Shown: positions 1 through 13,735, counted from the stretch's first letter. The stretch: DNA of 64,000 bases from Azolla caroliniana (GCA_043228905.1 JBHGNT010000004.1:17236001-17300000), one strand, 5' to 3'. Made by a program: numbers and translations. Notes: a model not told the origin generated them from the letters alone.

Positions 1-2611
1 TCCTTCCGACCAAGGCCACCGATGAGACGTAATGCACCACTGGAGTTGGTGCATACTGATGTGTGTCAAGTGGACATGAAGTCACATGCAAGATCGCAGT
101 ACTTCGTGACGTTCATAGATGACCACAGCCGGAAGTTTTGGGCCTCACCGTTGAAGACGAAGGATCAAGTGCTATCCGTCTTCAAAGAGCTCCACGTGAG
201 AGTGGAAAGAGAAACCGGCCGGAAGCTGAAGGCAGTTTGAGCAGATAACGGAGGTGAATACCGGGGGCAGTTCAAGGAGTACTGTCGCTTGAAGGGAATC
301 CAGCTCGAATTTACCGTGCCGAAGACGCCGGAACTAAACGGGCTGGCCGAGAGGATGAACCGAACCATAATGGAGAGGGTCCGGAGTATGCTGGCGCATG
401 CAAAACTACCCAAGAAGTTTTGGGTTGAGGCACTGTCGATGGCGACATATGTGATAAACAGATCACCCTCAATACACTTGGACGGAGACACGCCACAGAG
501 AGTCTGGACCGGTAAGGAAGTATCCTACCGGCATCTGAAGGTATTCGGGTGTCTCGCGTACGTGCTTGTAGCTAAGGACCGGAGAGGAAAGTTAGATCCA
601 AAGACCTGGCCATGCATATTCCTCAGTTACGGCGACGATGAGTTCGGCTACCGAGTGTGGGACCCGGTCGACAAGAAGGTATTCCGGAGTCGAGATATTA
701 TCGTCATGGAGGACAAGACGCTCGCCGACTGGGAGTCGGAGAAGAAGATAATAAACTCCGAGTCGACCGGTAGGGATCGATTCTACGATGAGCAGACCCA
801 ACCGGCAAGAGGCCGGTTAGCACTCGAGGAACCAGCTGGTTACGATGAGGATACCAAAACGGCAGAAGAAGAAGTAGAGGAAGCTGAAACCGGAACCGGC
901 CAAGACCCCGAATCGGATTCGGATGAAGAGCAAATGGAGGAGCCGGTTACCGAAGCCCAAAGACGGAGATATCCTCTCAGAGAGAGAAGGCCCCCCGGAG
1001 ATTTCCGGATGCAGAGCATGTGCTGCTGACCGATGAGGGGGAGCCAGAAAGCTTCGAAGAAGCGAAGGATGACACCCACAGCCGCAAATGGTTAAGTGCC
1101 ATGCAGGATGAGATGGATTCCCTACATGAGAACCATACGTATGAATTGGTGGAGTTGCCGAAAGGAAAGCAGGCACTTCGAAATAAGTGGGTGTACAAGT
1201 TGAAACCGGGAGATGCCGGCAACCCCTCGAGATACAAAGCCAGGATCGTGGTGAAGGGGTTCTAGCAGAAGAAGGGCGTGGACTTTGACAAGATATTTGC
1301 CCCAGTAGTAAAGATGACCTCCATCCGGACGGTGCTGAGTATAGAGGCAAGCATGGATCTCGAGGTAGAGCAGTTGGACGTGAAGACAGCATTCCTTCAC
1401 GGCAACCTCGAAGAGGAGATCTACATGCAGCAACCGGAAGGATTCGTAGAGAAAGGGAAGGAGCACCTGGTATGTCGGTTGAAGAAGAGCCTGTACGGAC
1501 TGAAGCAGGCATCCCGACAATGGTACCGAAAGTTCGACTCCTTCCTAACAGATCAAGGGTACCACAAGACGTAGGCCGATCACTGCGTGTTTGTGAAGAA
1601 GTTCGAAGGAGGCGACTTCCTGATACTCCTTCTGTACGTGGACGACATGTTGATCGTCGGATGGGACCAAGCCAAAATACGGATGTTGAAGAAGGCTATC
1701 AACCGGACCTTCTCAATGAAAGACTTGGGTCCGGCAAGATAGATGTTGGGGATGCATGTCATTCGGAACCGGCCAACGAAGCAACTGTGGCTGTCACAGG
1801 AGAAATACGTGACAAAGGTGCTTCAGCGGTTCAACATGTCAGATGCGAAACCGGTCGGATCGACACTTCCGGCAAACTGCAGGTTATCCGGTAAGCAAAG
1901 CCCGAAGACAAAAGCAGAGAAGGCTGATATGATGAAGGTTCCATATGCCTCTACCGTCAGGAGCTTGATGTACGCAATGGTGTGTACCCGACCGGATATA
2001 GGATACACAGTCGGAGTGGTGAGCTGGTTCATGAGCAACCCTGGCAAGGAGCACTGGAACACGGTTAAATGGATACTCTGGTACTTGAAGGGCACTTCAA
2101 ATATGTGTCTCCGATTCGGCTCCGGAAAACCTCAACTTGATGGTTTTACCGATCGGACATGTCGGCTGATGTGGATACCAACTGGTCTACATCCGGGTAT
2201 GTAATGACATATGCAGGGGGAGCTGTTTCGTGGCAGTCGAGGCTGCAGAAGACGGTTGCGTTGTCAACCACGGAGGCGGAGTACATGGCGGCTGTGGAAG
2301 CCGGCAAGGAAATATTATGGAGGAAGGACTTCATCGAAGAGCTCGGTATCCGGCAAGATGAATACCGGCTCTATTGCGACAGTCAAAGTGCCATCCACCT
2401 TGCTAAGAATGCGGCCTACCATTCCCGGACGAAGCATATCCAGCGTAGGTATCACTAGATCCAGGAAAGAGTAGATGACCAGGAGTTCGCGCTGACGAAG
2501 ATCCACACGGCCGAGAACGGGTCATATATGCTGACCAAAGTATTGATACCCGACAAGTTGGATGCATGCCGGAAGCGAATCGGATTAGTAAGACATTCCA
2601 TGCCGGAGTGA
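1..2611 (+). mobile_element. Ty1/copia pol (integrase, RT, RNase H), pseudogenised; 5' part lies outside the window
   Basis: ORF pieces carry integrase (LVHTDVC, TPELNGLAERMNRT, GKLDPK), RT (YKARIVVKGF, QLDVKTAFLHG, LKKSLYGLKQA, LLLYVDDM) and RNase H (ALSTTEAEY, CDSQSAIHLAKN, RTKHI) motifs in copia order. In-frame stops lie at about 238, 1263, 1572, 1740 and 2456, with frameshifts near 1020 and 2150. Confidence 0.97.
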
Positions 2612-3301
2612 AGGGGGAGTTTGTTAGGAAACAGGTCCCTCTGGATGGGAAGTGAGAAGAACAGTACTGATGAGCAAACTCGGCTGAGGCCGAAACCGGA
2701 TGTGGAAGACCCGGCTACGGAAGACCCGATGAGAACCGGATGACAAGTACCCGTCAAGAGCCGGATGGTGAAGACCCGGTGAGAACCGGATGACGAGTGC
2801 CCGGCAAGATCCGGATGATGCAGGCCCGGTGAGGAGCGCTCACCGGATGAAGGGACATATTCGTAAATATATCGTCTGAGAGTCCATCGGGGCTATATTT
2901 GTAAATAGCCGAAAAGTCATATTAGTATAAATATGACTTAGGGCAAACTTATTGAGAGGTTGTCATTCTTGTTGGTGCAAGACTTGAGAGTGCGTAACAG
3001 TGTACAGAGAGAGAGAGAGAGAGAGGAAGAGGTCGATGCCTCTGTTGTAACCGCCGCCTGTGGCGAAGATCGTGAGCACGAGGTCGTTGCCTCCATGAGC
3101 TCACTGTTGTAATCATTGTGATATAGTGATAGTTTGGAGTCTGTGGACTCCCGTGGTTTTTCCCTCTTAGGGTTTTCCACGTTAAACATCATGTGTACTC
3201 TTCTCTCCTTTGTGTCGTGCGTTCATTATCCGTTTTCTGTGTTTGATCTTAGACTTGGTTGTGGCCGAGCGTTGTATATCGGGAGCGTGTAGTTCCTGTC
3301 A
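2610..3301 (+). mobile_element. PPT and 3' LTR of the first copia element
   Basis: A polypurine tract GAAGGGGGAG (2610-2619) follows the pol stop. The LTR then runs TGTTAGGAA (2622) to TTCCTGTCA (3301), an imperfect terminal inverted repeat. It has short U3 tandem repeats (ACCGGATGA/GAAGACCCGG), a TATA-like TATAAAT near 2927 and an (AG)n tract. Confidence 0.88.
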
Positions 3302-3600
3302 GTGCTCCTTAGGAATAGAGTTGACCTTTGGTGTCCTAGGAATGGTGGTCCTTGGCAGGCAAATACATGGTGGTTGTTTAGTCCAGCTCTAAAGTTGAAA
3401 GAACTGGTTAGGATGGAGGATAGGGTGGTTCGCACCATAATGAAGGAATGGTCAAGTTTAAGAGAAGGGTTGGTCTTAATGCAACCGAAAACTGTGGATG
3501 AACAGCTACGACAATTGTTGTTTTGGAACCCTAGGATTAGAAGTGAAGATGGTATGATGCTTGGACAACAAAATTAGTTGCCTTGGGGGAGGATGCTAGG
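3302..3600 (+). mobile_element. LINE (L1-like) ORF2 C-terminal fragment
   Basis: The Trp-rich peptide WWLFSP...KEW...QLLFWNPRI resembles the post-RT region of plant L1 ORF2. The copia LTR ends directly against it. Confidence 0.5.
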
Positions 3601-3639
3601 ATAACTTAAGTTCTTTGACAGATGATGGTAGGTGGTTGG

Positions 3640-3988
3640 TAGTGCTGGTTTAGAGGCCTATGGATTGAAACTTGTAGGCCATTAGAGGCCTACGGATCTA
3701 GCCTAGTACGTAGGCATATTTTTGGGAGTCAATGTTAGTCGCTCGTATGAGCATTGAAGTACCTGTCAATACTTCTGTCAATCCTTTATGGACTTGTATA
3801 AAAGTGCTCTCTGAGCACATTCCATGTATAGAATATTGAGAGTATTATTTTGAATAGAGTTTTATATTCTGCTCTCTCTCTCTCTCTCCTGCGTACACGT
3901 ACTCTTTGTGTGTTGAGTTTTCCTTTCATCTTCTATTGCTATCTGGCTGAGCCGGTTTGTCAAACACTTCCGCATGTTTACTTTGACA
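3640..3988 (+). mobile_element. Solo or partial LTR of copia family A
   Basis: It shares the core GGCATATTTTTGGGAGTCAATG...TATAAAAGTGCTCTCTGAGCACATT with the LTRs at 35648, 45728, about 49040 and 49595, and ends in TTTGACA. The 5' edge is approximate. Confidence 0.82.
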
Positions 3989-4038
3989 TAAGCCAACTGT
4001 CTCATGGGCCAATTTTGGCCTTAAGAAGATGTTAATAT

Positions 4039-7000
4039 TGTTAGGAATCGACTAGCCACAACCGGTTTCACGTTCGTATTCGTGTGTAGAAACCAAGAAC
4101 TAGTACACAAACAAAAAAACGTGAAGACACGGAGACACCGATATTTTACGTGGAAAACCTGAAATGGAAAAAAGCCACAGGAATCCACAAACCCTGACAA
4201 AAATAGATAACTATGGTAGAGAGGAAGTACAATACAGAACTTGTTACCCGACCGGCAAAGGAGCAGAGACCAGAATGTGAAAGGGATGGTTATTCGGAAT
4301 ATATTTTAATTAAGTAAAGTAGATTATAATTATGTAGTGAACGGACGTACCGGAATCGGTATGCCAATCCGGATCCGGACCGGTTCCGAACAGGTGCCGG
4401 TTGGCACCGTTTTGTACGCAGCACCGGTGACCTATATAAAGGCTCGGTTACAATGTATAACTTTGACGGAGAATTAATATAAGCTTCTTGTTTTATCTTC
4501 ACGTATTGATTATCGTTCTGTATTAATTGTTATATCTTACGTGTGTATTAAGTGAATGCCTTATTGCTAAGGAGCCAATTAAGTCGAATTAATCGTTGTG
4601 TCTTAAGTTATCTCGCCGTAACACCCCTTTGGTGAAGTGTCTTCCGGAGACACCCTGTGTTAGGCCATTGTCCGGCCCTAAGGATTAACAGAACTCAGAG
4701 GCAATGACCTTGAGTTCTCCTTCGTTTGACAGACGGCTACAGAGTTACACTCTCAGTCACAGTTACAGAGGCAATTACCTCGTTCTAACTTTACAATAAT
4801 TGATCTCAAACATAAAGTTTGCCCTAGTTGCTTATAAACAAAATGAACTTTCTGGCTATTTACAAGTATAGCCCCCAAGAGGCACTTTAGACTATTTACA
4901 ATTATAGTCTTCCGAAACGATTTCGGTTTTCGATTTCGATTTCGATCATTGCCGAGTATTAAATTGGCTAACTAGCTCGGATTCGATTTCGATCAAGTTG
5001 GCTTCTACTCGATTTGGCTGAACGTTGACTCGGTTCAATTCGGTAGTTGGAAACTTATTCTCAATCTCCCAGTCGACTATTGTCTTTTCCTCGATGAAAA
5101 CAATGTCGCGGCTCCTAATCACTTTCTTCTCGGCTAAGTCCCATAGTCGATAGCCGAATTCATCATTGTCGTAGCCGAGGAATATACTTGGCCGAGATTT
5201 TGGGTCTAGTTTTCCCTTTTGGTCTTTTGCCACATGCACATACGCAAGATAGCCGAACACCCTCAGATGTTGGTACGAAACGTCTTTGCTGCTCCACACC
5301 CCCTTTGTAGGATATCACCATCCAAGGGTACTGAGGGTGATCAATTTATCACGTACGTTGTCATCATCAACGCCGCAGCCCATAACGTCTTCAGTAACTT
5401 AGCATGTGCAAGCATACTTCGGACCCTTTCCATTACGGTTCAGTTCATTCTCTCGGACAACCCATTAAGTTGTGGCATGTTTGGCACGGTATACTCGAGC
5501 CGGATTCCTTGATTTCGGAGACATTCCTCAAACGGTCCACGGTACTCTCCTCCATTGTCCGCTTGGACTACCTTCAGTTTTCGGTTGGTTTCTCTCTCGA
5601 CCCTCGCTTGGAACTCTTTGAAGACAGATAACACTTGATCCTTCATCTTCAGCACGGAAGCCCCCAACTTCCGGCTACAGTCATCAATGAAGGTCACGAA
5701 ATACTATGAACCACCATGCGACCTCGTGTCCACATAGCATATGGTTGTATGCACGAGTCCTCGTGGCATTTTCTTCCTCATCGGGGGCCTTACTTGGAAG
5801 GATGTTCAATTCTACTTGTCGGCCAAGCAATCAGTGCACTTCTCAAGTTGCACGTTCTTTACCTCCGGAATGAGATTGTCCTCAGCAAACTTTCGCATCC
5901 CCTTCTGGCTCATATGGCACAACCTCTTGTGCCACAGTTCACCGACCGTGTTGGCTGCCACGTTTGCTTCCCCTCGGCATATTCGAGCATTCATTATGTA
6001 CAATGTGTTGGTCTTCCGAGGTCGAGCCATGATCAGGCTTCCTCGACAGAACTTCATGACACCGTTCAGGATGCTACCCATGTAGCCTTCATCATCTAGC
6101 CGACCGGTTGATAATAGGTTCAATCGAACCTCCAGAATGTGTTGTACATCTCTCAACATGAGTCTGTATCCGGTTGAGTTTTCGAAGCACATATCTCCAA
6201 TGCCGACAATTCCGTAGGCTCCTTCATTTCCCATCTTTACAGATTCGAGATCTCCGGCTCTATAGGATGAGAAGCACTTTCGGTTAGGGGTTAGGTGGAA
6301 TGATGTGCCCGAATCGACCACCCATGTCAATTCTTCTTCGGCGAGATTCATTTTGTTTTGCTCACTGATGAGCAACAACTCCTCACTCGCGGCAATTGCT
6401 GAGGTGTTCTTTCTATCTGTGATTTTCTTTGGCTCTACACCATTAGCTCCCCCTTTTTCCTTTCAAAAGTGTCGGCAGTTTTTCTGGAAGTGCCCCGGCT
6501 TCCCGCAGTAGAAGCATGTGGGTCTCCCCCTCGACTTCGACCTAGTCCCCAACTTATCTCGGTTCTGGGGACTTCGATTTCGGTTTCTTCCCCGAATCGT
6601 GCCACCTTCCGTGACTAAGGCCTTCTGGTCGGTGTTGGACTCTCGGTCCTTCCGGCGAGCTTCTTCATTTAGCAAGTTCGACTTCATCTGCTCTAGGGAT
6701 AGGTGTTTCCCTTCTAGTCCCACGTTGCCCAGCGTGACAACTAGCGTTTCCCAACTGTCCAGAAGGGATCCCAACAACAACACTATTAATACCTCGTCAG
6801 CCAGAGGTACTTGTAGAGAGGTGGTTTGGTTCATCAATCCTTGGAAGACATTGATGTGCTCAATACTAGAGCCTTCCTGATACCAGAGTCTCACAATTTT
6901 TCGAAATACTAAGACTCGGTTCACAACGTTCTTGTTTTCGAACATGACACAGATCTTCTTCCATAGAACATCTGCTTTTGTTTCTTCGTCGAAGTTGTTG

Positions 7001-7620
7001 TATAGACTCATGTCTATAAAACACCTTATATATGCGGCCTCCTTCAGATGCAACACTTCCCAAGTCGGTGCATCGATCTTGTATGGTCTTTTATCTCCGA
7101 ACTGCACCAGCATCCAAAGGTCTTTGCACAAGAGCATGTCTCTCATCTTCGATTTCCAAACGGAGTAGTTGGAGCCGGTTAGCTTAAAGATGTCGTCGAA
7201 CGAGTCTTCCATCACAGTTCCGATACCACTTTGTTAGGAATCGACCGGCCACAACCGGTTTCACGTTCGTATTCGTGTGCAGAAATCAAGAACTAGTACA
7301 CAGACAGAAAAACATGAAGCCACAGAGACACTGAAATTTTACGTGGAAAACCCGAAATGGGAAAAAACCACAAGGGTCCACAAACCCCAACAAAAACAGA
7401 TCACTATGGTAGAGAGGAAGTACACTATGGAACTCGGAGGCAACAACCTCGAGTTCTCCTTCGTCTGACAGACGGCTACAGAGTTACACTCTCACTCACA
7501 GTTACAGAGCCAACTACCTCATTCTAACTTTACAATAATTGATCTCAAACATAAAGCCCTAGTTTCTTATAAACAAAAGGAACTTTCTGGCTATTTACAA
7601 GTATAGCCCCCAAGAGGCAT
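4039..7620 (-). mobile_element. Ty1/copia element with two LTRs, gag-protease-integrase, and RT/RNase H deleted
   Basis: Matching LTRs start TGTTAGGAATCGAC at 4039 and 7232 on the plus strand. A tRNA-iMet-like PBS TGGTATCGGAAC lies at 7217-7228. Gag (KLTGSNYSVWK, zinc knuckle CFYCGKPGHFQKNC), protease (WVVDSGTSFH), GAG-pre-integrase (LWHKRLCHMS) and integrase (ADNGGEY, PQLNGLSERMN, GKLDPK) follow. The integrase tail joins the 3' LTR at about 4915-4945. Confidence 0.93.
4242..4690. mobile_element. Solo LTR nested inside the 3' LTR of the second copia element
   Basis: The 449-bp insert runs TGTTACCC to GATTAACA and is flanked by a perfect 5-bp TSD GAACT (4237-4241 and 4691-4695). It is absent from the sister LTR near 7430. 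Confidence 0.92.
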
Positions 7621-7800
7621 TTCTAAACGGCTTAACCGGTTTGAGCCAGATTGGCAAGGCTCAAGCCAAGCCGAACCGAGCTCAAACCGTTTAGTCAAGC
7701 TCCAACGTAAGCCGAGAGGAACCGCTAAGCCGCTAAGCCATTTAAAACCAGTTTAGCTAAACGGTTTAGGCTTGAGCCGAGCCATTGACGATCCCTACCG
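7620..7800. repeat. Short repeat-rich element (AAACCG/AAGCCG motifs) replacing the U3 of the 5' LTR
   Basis: Similarity to the sister LTR stops at about 7620. What follows is clustered direct and inverted AAACCG/CGGTTT/AAGCC motifs. Confidence 0.4.
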
Positions 7801-8530
7801 CATACAGAATGTTGAATCTTTAGAGGAATACATCCATTGAGTAATGGCCACCACAATGCTTGAATCTTTGTTTTCCCATGCACTAATCCAATGTTTGCAA
7901 TGTCTTCTTAGTCCAAGTGAGTAATGGTAAAAAATATAATAACATGGGTATCAAGATACATTTCACCACTTTTGATTTGTACATGAAAGGGCCACAATTG
8001 AGTCCAATACATAATTTTTCCCTTCAATTTACTACCCATCCAGACAATCAGTTGAAGGTTTACGACATTAATACCCAATGGATACCCCAAATGCCCATAA
8101 ATTGATCCTCATGTAATCACTTGTCCTAGTCATCCCAAACATTCCAAATCACACTCCGGAGTCAATACAAAAAATATAAGACTTCTTCCAATTTATATGC
8201 AACATTGAAACTAAGGCAAATTGATTCCAAACTTGCATACTCCTTTCAAGATTTTCTTTTGAGGCTTGTAGAAACATAAAGAGTCATCAGCCAATGCTTG
8301 TGATACCAATTGTCCCCTAGAAGGAATATGCAAGCCCTCAATATCCCCACTAGCTACAAGAATGGACCACATTACTGACAAAGGATGTGTAAAAATAGCA
8401 AATAACAACGGACTTAGTGGACATCCTTGTTGTATGGATCTATAGTAAGAAAACCATTCAAGGTAATTCCACCATTAAGCATTACATGAGATGTTGCATT
8501 TTGCCCTAGTAAAAAGATAAGCCTCAACTA
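7801..8530 (-). mobile_element. LINE reverse transcriptase fragment
   Basis: The minus strand reads RSIQQGCPLSPLLFAI and SQALADDSL, which are non-LTR RT motifs. The segment is similar to 19040-19420. Confidence 0.85.
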
Positions 8531-11500
8531 TTTTAATAAATCACAACTGTGTGTGTGTGCGCGCGCGCTCACGTGTGTGCATGTGTGAAAACAAACTATA
8601 TTAATAAAGGTGTGTGAAAAACACTACAATGGTACCAGAATTGTGTGTGGTCAAGATAGGTAGTGAGACATGTTGAATCGCCAGTAGGCAAGACAAATAC
8701 TTCACCAATGAAATCATTTCTATTTGCTCCAATATAGAAAATTGTCATATAGGTACTCCAACTTTTATAGATATGCTTTGACTCCATGCCTACCATCAAA
8801 TACAAAAGAATTGTGCATACCCCAATTATGATGCAATCTCCAATACCTTCGAAGTAGGAAAATGATCTCTATCTTTGATTTCAAGTTTATCTATGTGAAT
8901 TGTGGAAACACAAACATTTGCGAATCAAATAATAATGTAACAAAAACTTACCAAATCTAAGAAATGTAACTCCAAAGTTGTAAAGCAATTGGAAACTATA
9001 TTAAATAATGAGTATTATCTTCCATTTGAATAGTGCATAAGAATCAGTTGACTATTGCTTGTCCATAACGCTTTAGAGTTAATCTCAAAGGCCAAACGCC
9101 AATCAATATTCTTGAAATAGAGACATTTGCTACAACTGGCAATTTACAATGTCAAATAGATTTCAAGGTCTCCCACGATCCATAATCAAAATAATGTATT
9201 TTCCAATCTCATTTAGCTTTAGCTAATAGTCATCGGAATATTCAACAAAGCAATGGTAGAAGAGATTAATAGTCACTTGTAAAAATGACATTTGACCGCG
9301 TAAATGTAGATCAATCCACAATTGCTCTTGATGTTAATAGAGGCAAAGAATCTTGCATCAACAAAGTCATATAAACCTTGCTCTTCATGTAGTTGTTCCC
9401 ATATAAACCCATAATTGGGTAGGATGCATAATAATTGTTGCACTTCAACAAAGTCCAAAATTCCTTGAGATTGACCCTCAACTACATATCTCACCTCTTT
9501 GATCCGAAACGAAACAAAGAATTAACTTGAGAGCACAATCTCTCCTTTGTTGGGCACATAATTACCAAGAAGATGTAACTACCTTTGCCAGAATTACAAT
9601 GCTCACTATTAGAAGATAGTGACCATACAAATTCCTCATTCAAGTGAACATTTCATGCCATGAGATAACGAAGTGTTTTAACTCTTGAAGAATGAGGAAT
9701 TTTAGTGAAATACTTCCATTGAATGGTTGTGACAGTAATGGCAAATAATATATAATATCATGGGTTCCAAAAATACATTGTAGAACCTTAAGGTGTATAT
9801 AAATATATGCCCAACATTGTGATTTCCAATACGTGAACTTATCCCTTGACGTGGTGTTCATCCATCCAATCTATTCCACAAGTGTAAAAAAACTAAAGCC
9901 TTTTTGAACCATGCATCCTAAACATTCCAAATCTCTCTTAGTACATCAAATGACGTTAGACTTCCTCCAATTAATATGCTATTTAGACACCAAAGAAAAT
10001 TGGTTCCATTCAAGCCTCCCCTTCTCAAGATTCTCACATGAGGTGTGTGTAGAAACAAAGAAAGAATCACCTTGACTGGTTGTCCCCTAAAATGGACGGT
10101 GGTATAGTCACAATATCATCATTAATTGCAAGCATTGATAACAACACCAACAAAGGATGAATAACTATAGCAAATTACAATGGGCTAAGTAGGCATCCTC
10201 AATGAATAGATCTCACAATCAAAATGTTTTAAAAAATATAGGGCAAGACATACGTGCACCAAAGCCCGCTCTACATTAACCAAGAAAGAGGGGACCTATT
10301 AACATGATTATAAGCTCTCTCCAAATCTAGTTGCACCGTAATCAATCCTGATGAATGTGTTATGCATAATCCATAGCCATTTGAACATTCAACACATTAT
10401 GCAATAGATTTCTACCTATAATAAAACCATATTACGGTAGATATATCAACTTTGACAAACACTATTGTAATCTATTTGCCACAACATTTGTAAATATGTT
10501 TTATCACCACACCTATTAAATAAATAAGTTACCTGACACCAATGGTGAAATAACCTAGGTGACACCATCATGGAAACTAATGTAGTGAGACCAACCTTTC
10601 ACACTCAAAGGCATATAACTAGAATCCAAACAATGTTAAAACCTCAACATTGGAGGCCTATCCCTTTAATAACTCAATCTCACTTAAAAACTTCATTTGT
10701 TAAGCCCTCCTAACTAAGGCTATTCTACTAAGAAGATGCCTTAAAACTGTGTCCAAATCATCCTTTGTGAAACCTACATCCAATTCATAAAGGAGGTGAT
10801 GCAGACCTTTGGGCTTCCTAAGGTAAGGTATGCCAAAGTAAAGGGATCAATACATCATTGACTCGGGATATACATGCAATACACGTAAAGAGGAACTACC
10901 TACACATAAAACAATCTTACATTTTGAACAAAAGACGTCAAAACAGCATTTGCCAACTTCATAGGGAAATATTTTGGTATAAAGAGCCCCACTCAACGTC
11001 ATTGTCGGTAAATTTCATGTGGTGATGTCACTAGTTTCGCTTTACACAAACAACACTGGATGGTTAATTGTATAGGCAATAAAACAGAACCTAGTTATGG
11101 ATATAATGTTCATTCTGAGAGATGATACTCATACATCACCAAGAAGCACCATCACCAAGAATTCCATTTAATTCTACAAGATGCATCCTTGATCTTTATG
11201 AATGATTTATTTCAAAGTGCCTTAATGCTAATAACAAGCACGTTTATGTCTCACTGCCTTAATGCTAATAAGATCAGTTGTTGAGATAAAGAAACGCTCA
11301 GGAAATTAGTTTAAACCCTACAACTCTAGGTAGGTCGTTCTGTATTGTTTGAATAATCATAAACAAAATGCCCTGTCCTGTTCCCAAACAAATCCAGGGT
11401 ATCATACACTTTTAGAAAATTTCCAGCTGTAATATTAAAAGATTACTTTCATCTTCTGATGGATAGCTTTACAAGAATACAGAAGAGTTCTAACTCGCAT

Positions 11501-11831
11501 CTGACCAGGGTATATAGCTGACATTCAATTTCAATCCATATTTTTTAAAGACTTCATCATGAGTGAATATAGATGAGGAAAAAAGCATATTCCGACCATA
11601 TAATAATTTTACAGTACTATGTTGAAAAACAAAAGAATAAAACAGTGGTGATATTATCAAAATTTGAGAACCTAAAAGTAGGAGCCCATAACTTCACCTG
11701 CACATATTCAACCAGAAAGAATCACACATTTCATTGATTCATCTATAGATGAACTTGGACATCAGACCTGCTTTTGAAGATATAGAATAGCGCCCTAGTC
11801 TTGCTAAATAAAATGGTAAGCGTTGAGATCA

Positions 11832-13701
11832 TCAGTCATAGCTGGCATTCAAGAACTTGAGTAGCTCATTTCGCTTGTTTTCTGCAAGCTTGTCCTCTTT
11901 CGTTTTATCTACTTTCATAAGAATCTACAAAAAGTACATGAAAATTAAATAAGAAAAGTTCAATTCTCTCCATTGTTAGCCCAACATTGCTGCCGTCTTG
12001 GCAGTAATAATTATGAATTTACTTATTTTAAAGAGGTTAAATTGCAAAAATTGATGTCTATATTCCCTAAACTGCAAAAAGATTAAAATAGCTAGCACAG
12101 CTGGATGCTATGCTCCATAGACGATTGATAATAATAACTAGCAGTATTGATATGATACATCTAAAATGTTATTTTGAACAAGCAACAATGCAAGCTAATG
12201 ATACATCTAATGCTTCAAACTGTTGAGGTTATTTATCTAATGATGACATTGGGAGAAGTTCTCCTTATAAAACAGAAACTGTAAATGCAAACAGCTGAAA
12301 TTAGTACCTTTTTGCCAGAAACAACACTCCGCCGCACACTGTCATCCTTTCCCTCACCCAAGAACTATATAACAGAGGGTGCATTGATGTCAAATATTGA
12401 AAATACTCATTAATTGTGCACTTAGATTGGAAGGCACATTGATTAATTGTGCAAGATACTGTGATAACTCTAAAAGACACATTACATTCTACTCACTAAT
12501 TGCCAAAGGCTACATTAATCATGAAGGGAAAAATAATTTTTGGAGGGGAACTTTAATTTTTTGATCATTAATGCAAGATACATTGACTATTAATGTACTC
12601 ACTTTTGACAGCTGAACAGGTCCAGGCATTTCTTTCCTCTGCTGCATCATAAAAGCTCCCATCGCATACAAAGGTTGCAAATAATTCATTCCATGTCATC
12701 ATCAGCATCCCACAAAGCCAAAGAAAAGAACCAAGTCACCCGATCGCAAATCCCAGCTCCAATTTCAAAGGGCCCATCCAAATACAGGCAGCAGACAAAT
12801 GTCAACACCATATAAAAGGACGTTGAATGTATAAAAAAAAACATGCCAAAAATGCATATGAGAGGACCCTGTCGCATCTTCACTTTCAACACTTTCTGTT
12901 AAAGATGAATAAAGTTTTGTGCATTTTGAATTTGGAAGAATAATTCTCTCTTGGCATGCAAACAACTCTTGGGGTTTAGAGTTATTGAACGTGAGTGATT
13001 GTCCCTGAACAAGTAGAAAATCTGGGCCCTTTTGTGGTATATCCCTACTTGCATCTTCATGTTCAAAATTCTATGTTCAAGATGTATGAGATTTCTGCAT
13101 ATCTGAATTACTTGATGGAATATTGCTTAGAGGCCATTTAAATAGCAGAAAACTGCAAGATTCAAGCTGGTTAATGTAAATAAGTGTCCATGGCTAACCA
13201 GGGAACGCATGCCTTTTTTAGATTAGCAAATCAGATGTGATACTGAAAGCCTATAAAGTTGAGGTTCTGTAGAAATCCAACTGTATGATTGTCTCATAAT
13301 TCACTAAATAGTAGTAACATAACAGATAACAAGGGAAGTCAATTACGTCAATACACAAAGATAGTTCCTACCTCTTTCTGCTTGTGCTTATCTCGCTTCT
13401 GTTTGGACTCCTTCCTGTGCTTCCGTTTGGAGTCCTTATCTTTGCTCTTGTCCCTGGTTTGCTGCCAGGAAATATTGAATTTTAATGATCAAACAAAGTG
13501 ATAATATGTCAAGAGCCATGAGCTGAGGTTGTAGCATGTACCTTCTTTGATCTTTCTTTTCTTTTTCTCTTTCTGCTACTATGTTCAGAATCATGTGAAT
13601 CGCTGTCACTACTAGAGTAATCATCTAGCCTGCAGATAAACAAGTATAATGATTTTACACCCACACTATAAACACCACCCACACACACATATATATATTT
13701 A

Positions 13702-13735
<34 letters not shown>

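Noticed and set aside
817-1520. Long antisense ORFs over the copia pol
   Set aside because: These are expected shadows of GC-rich coding sequence with no recognisable motifs.
8600-10300. Possible decayed Ulp1-protease or Mutator-like remnant (QQRRDCAL near 9540 on the minus strand)
   Set aside because: Only one weak motif in heavily interrupted sequence; not supportable without a profile search.
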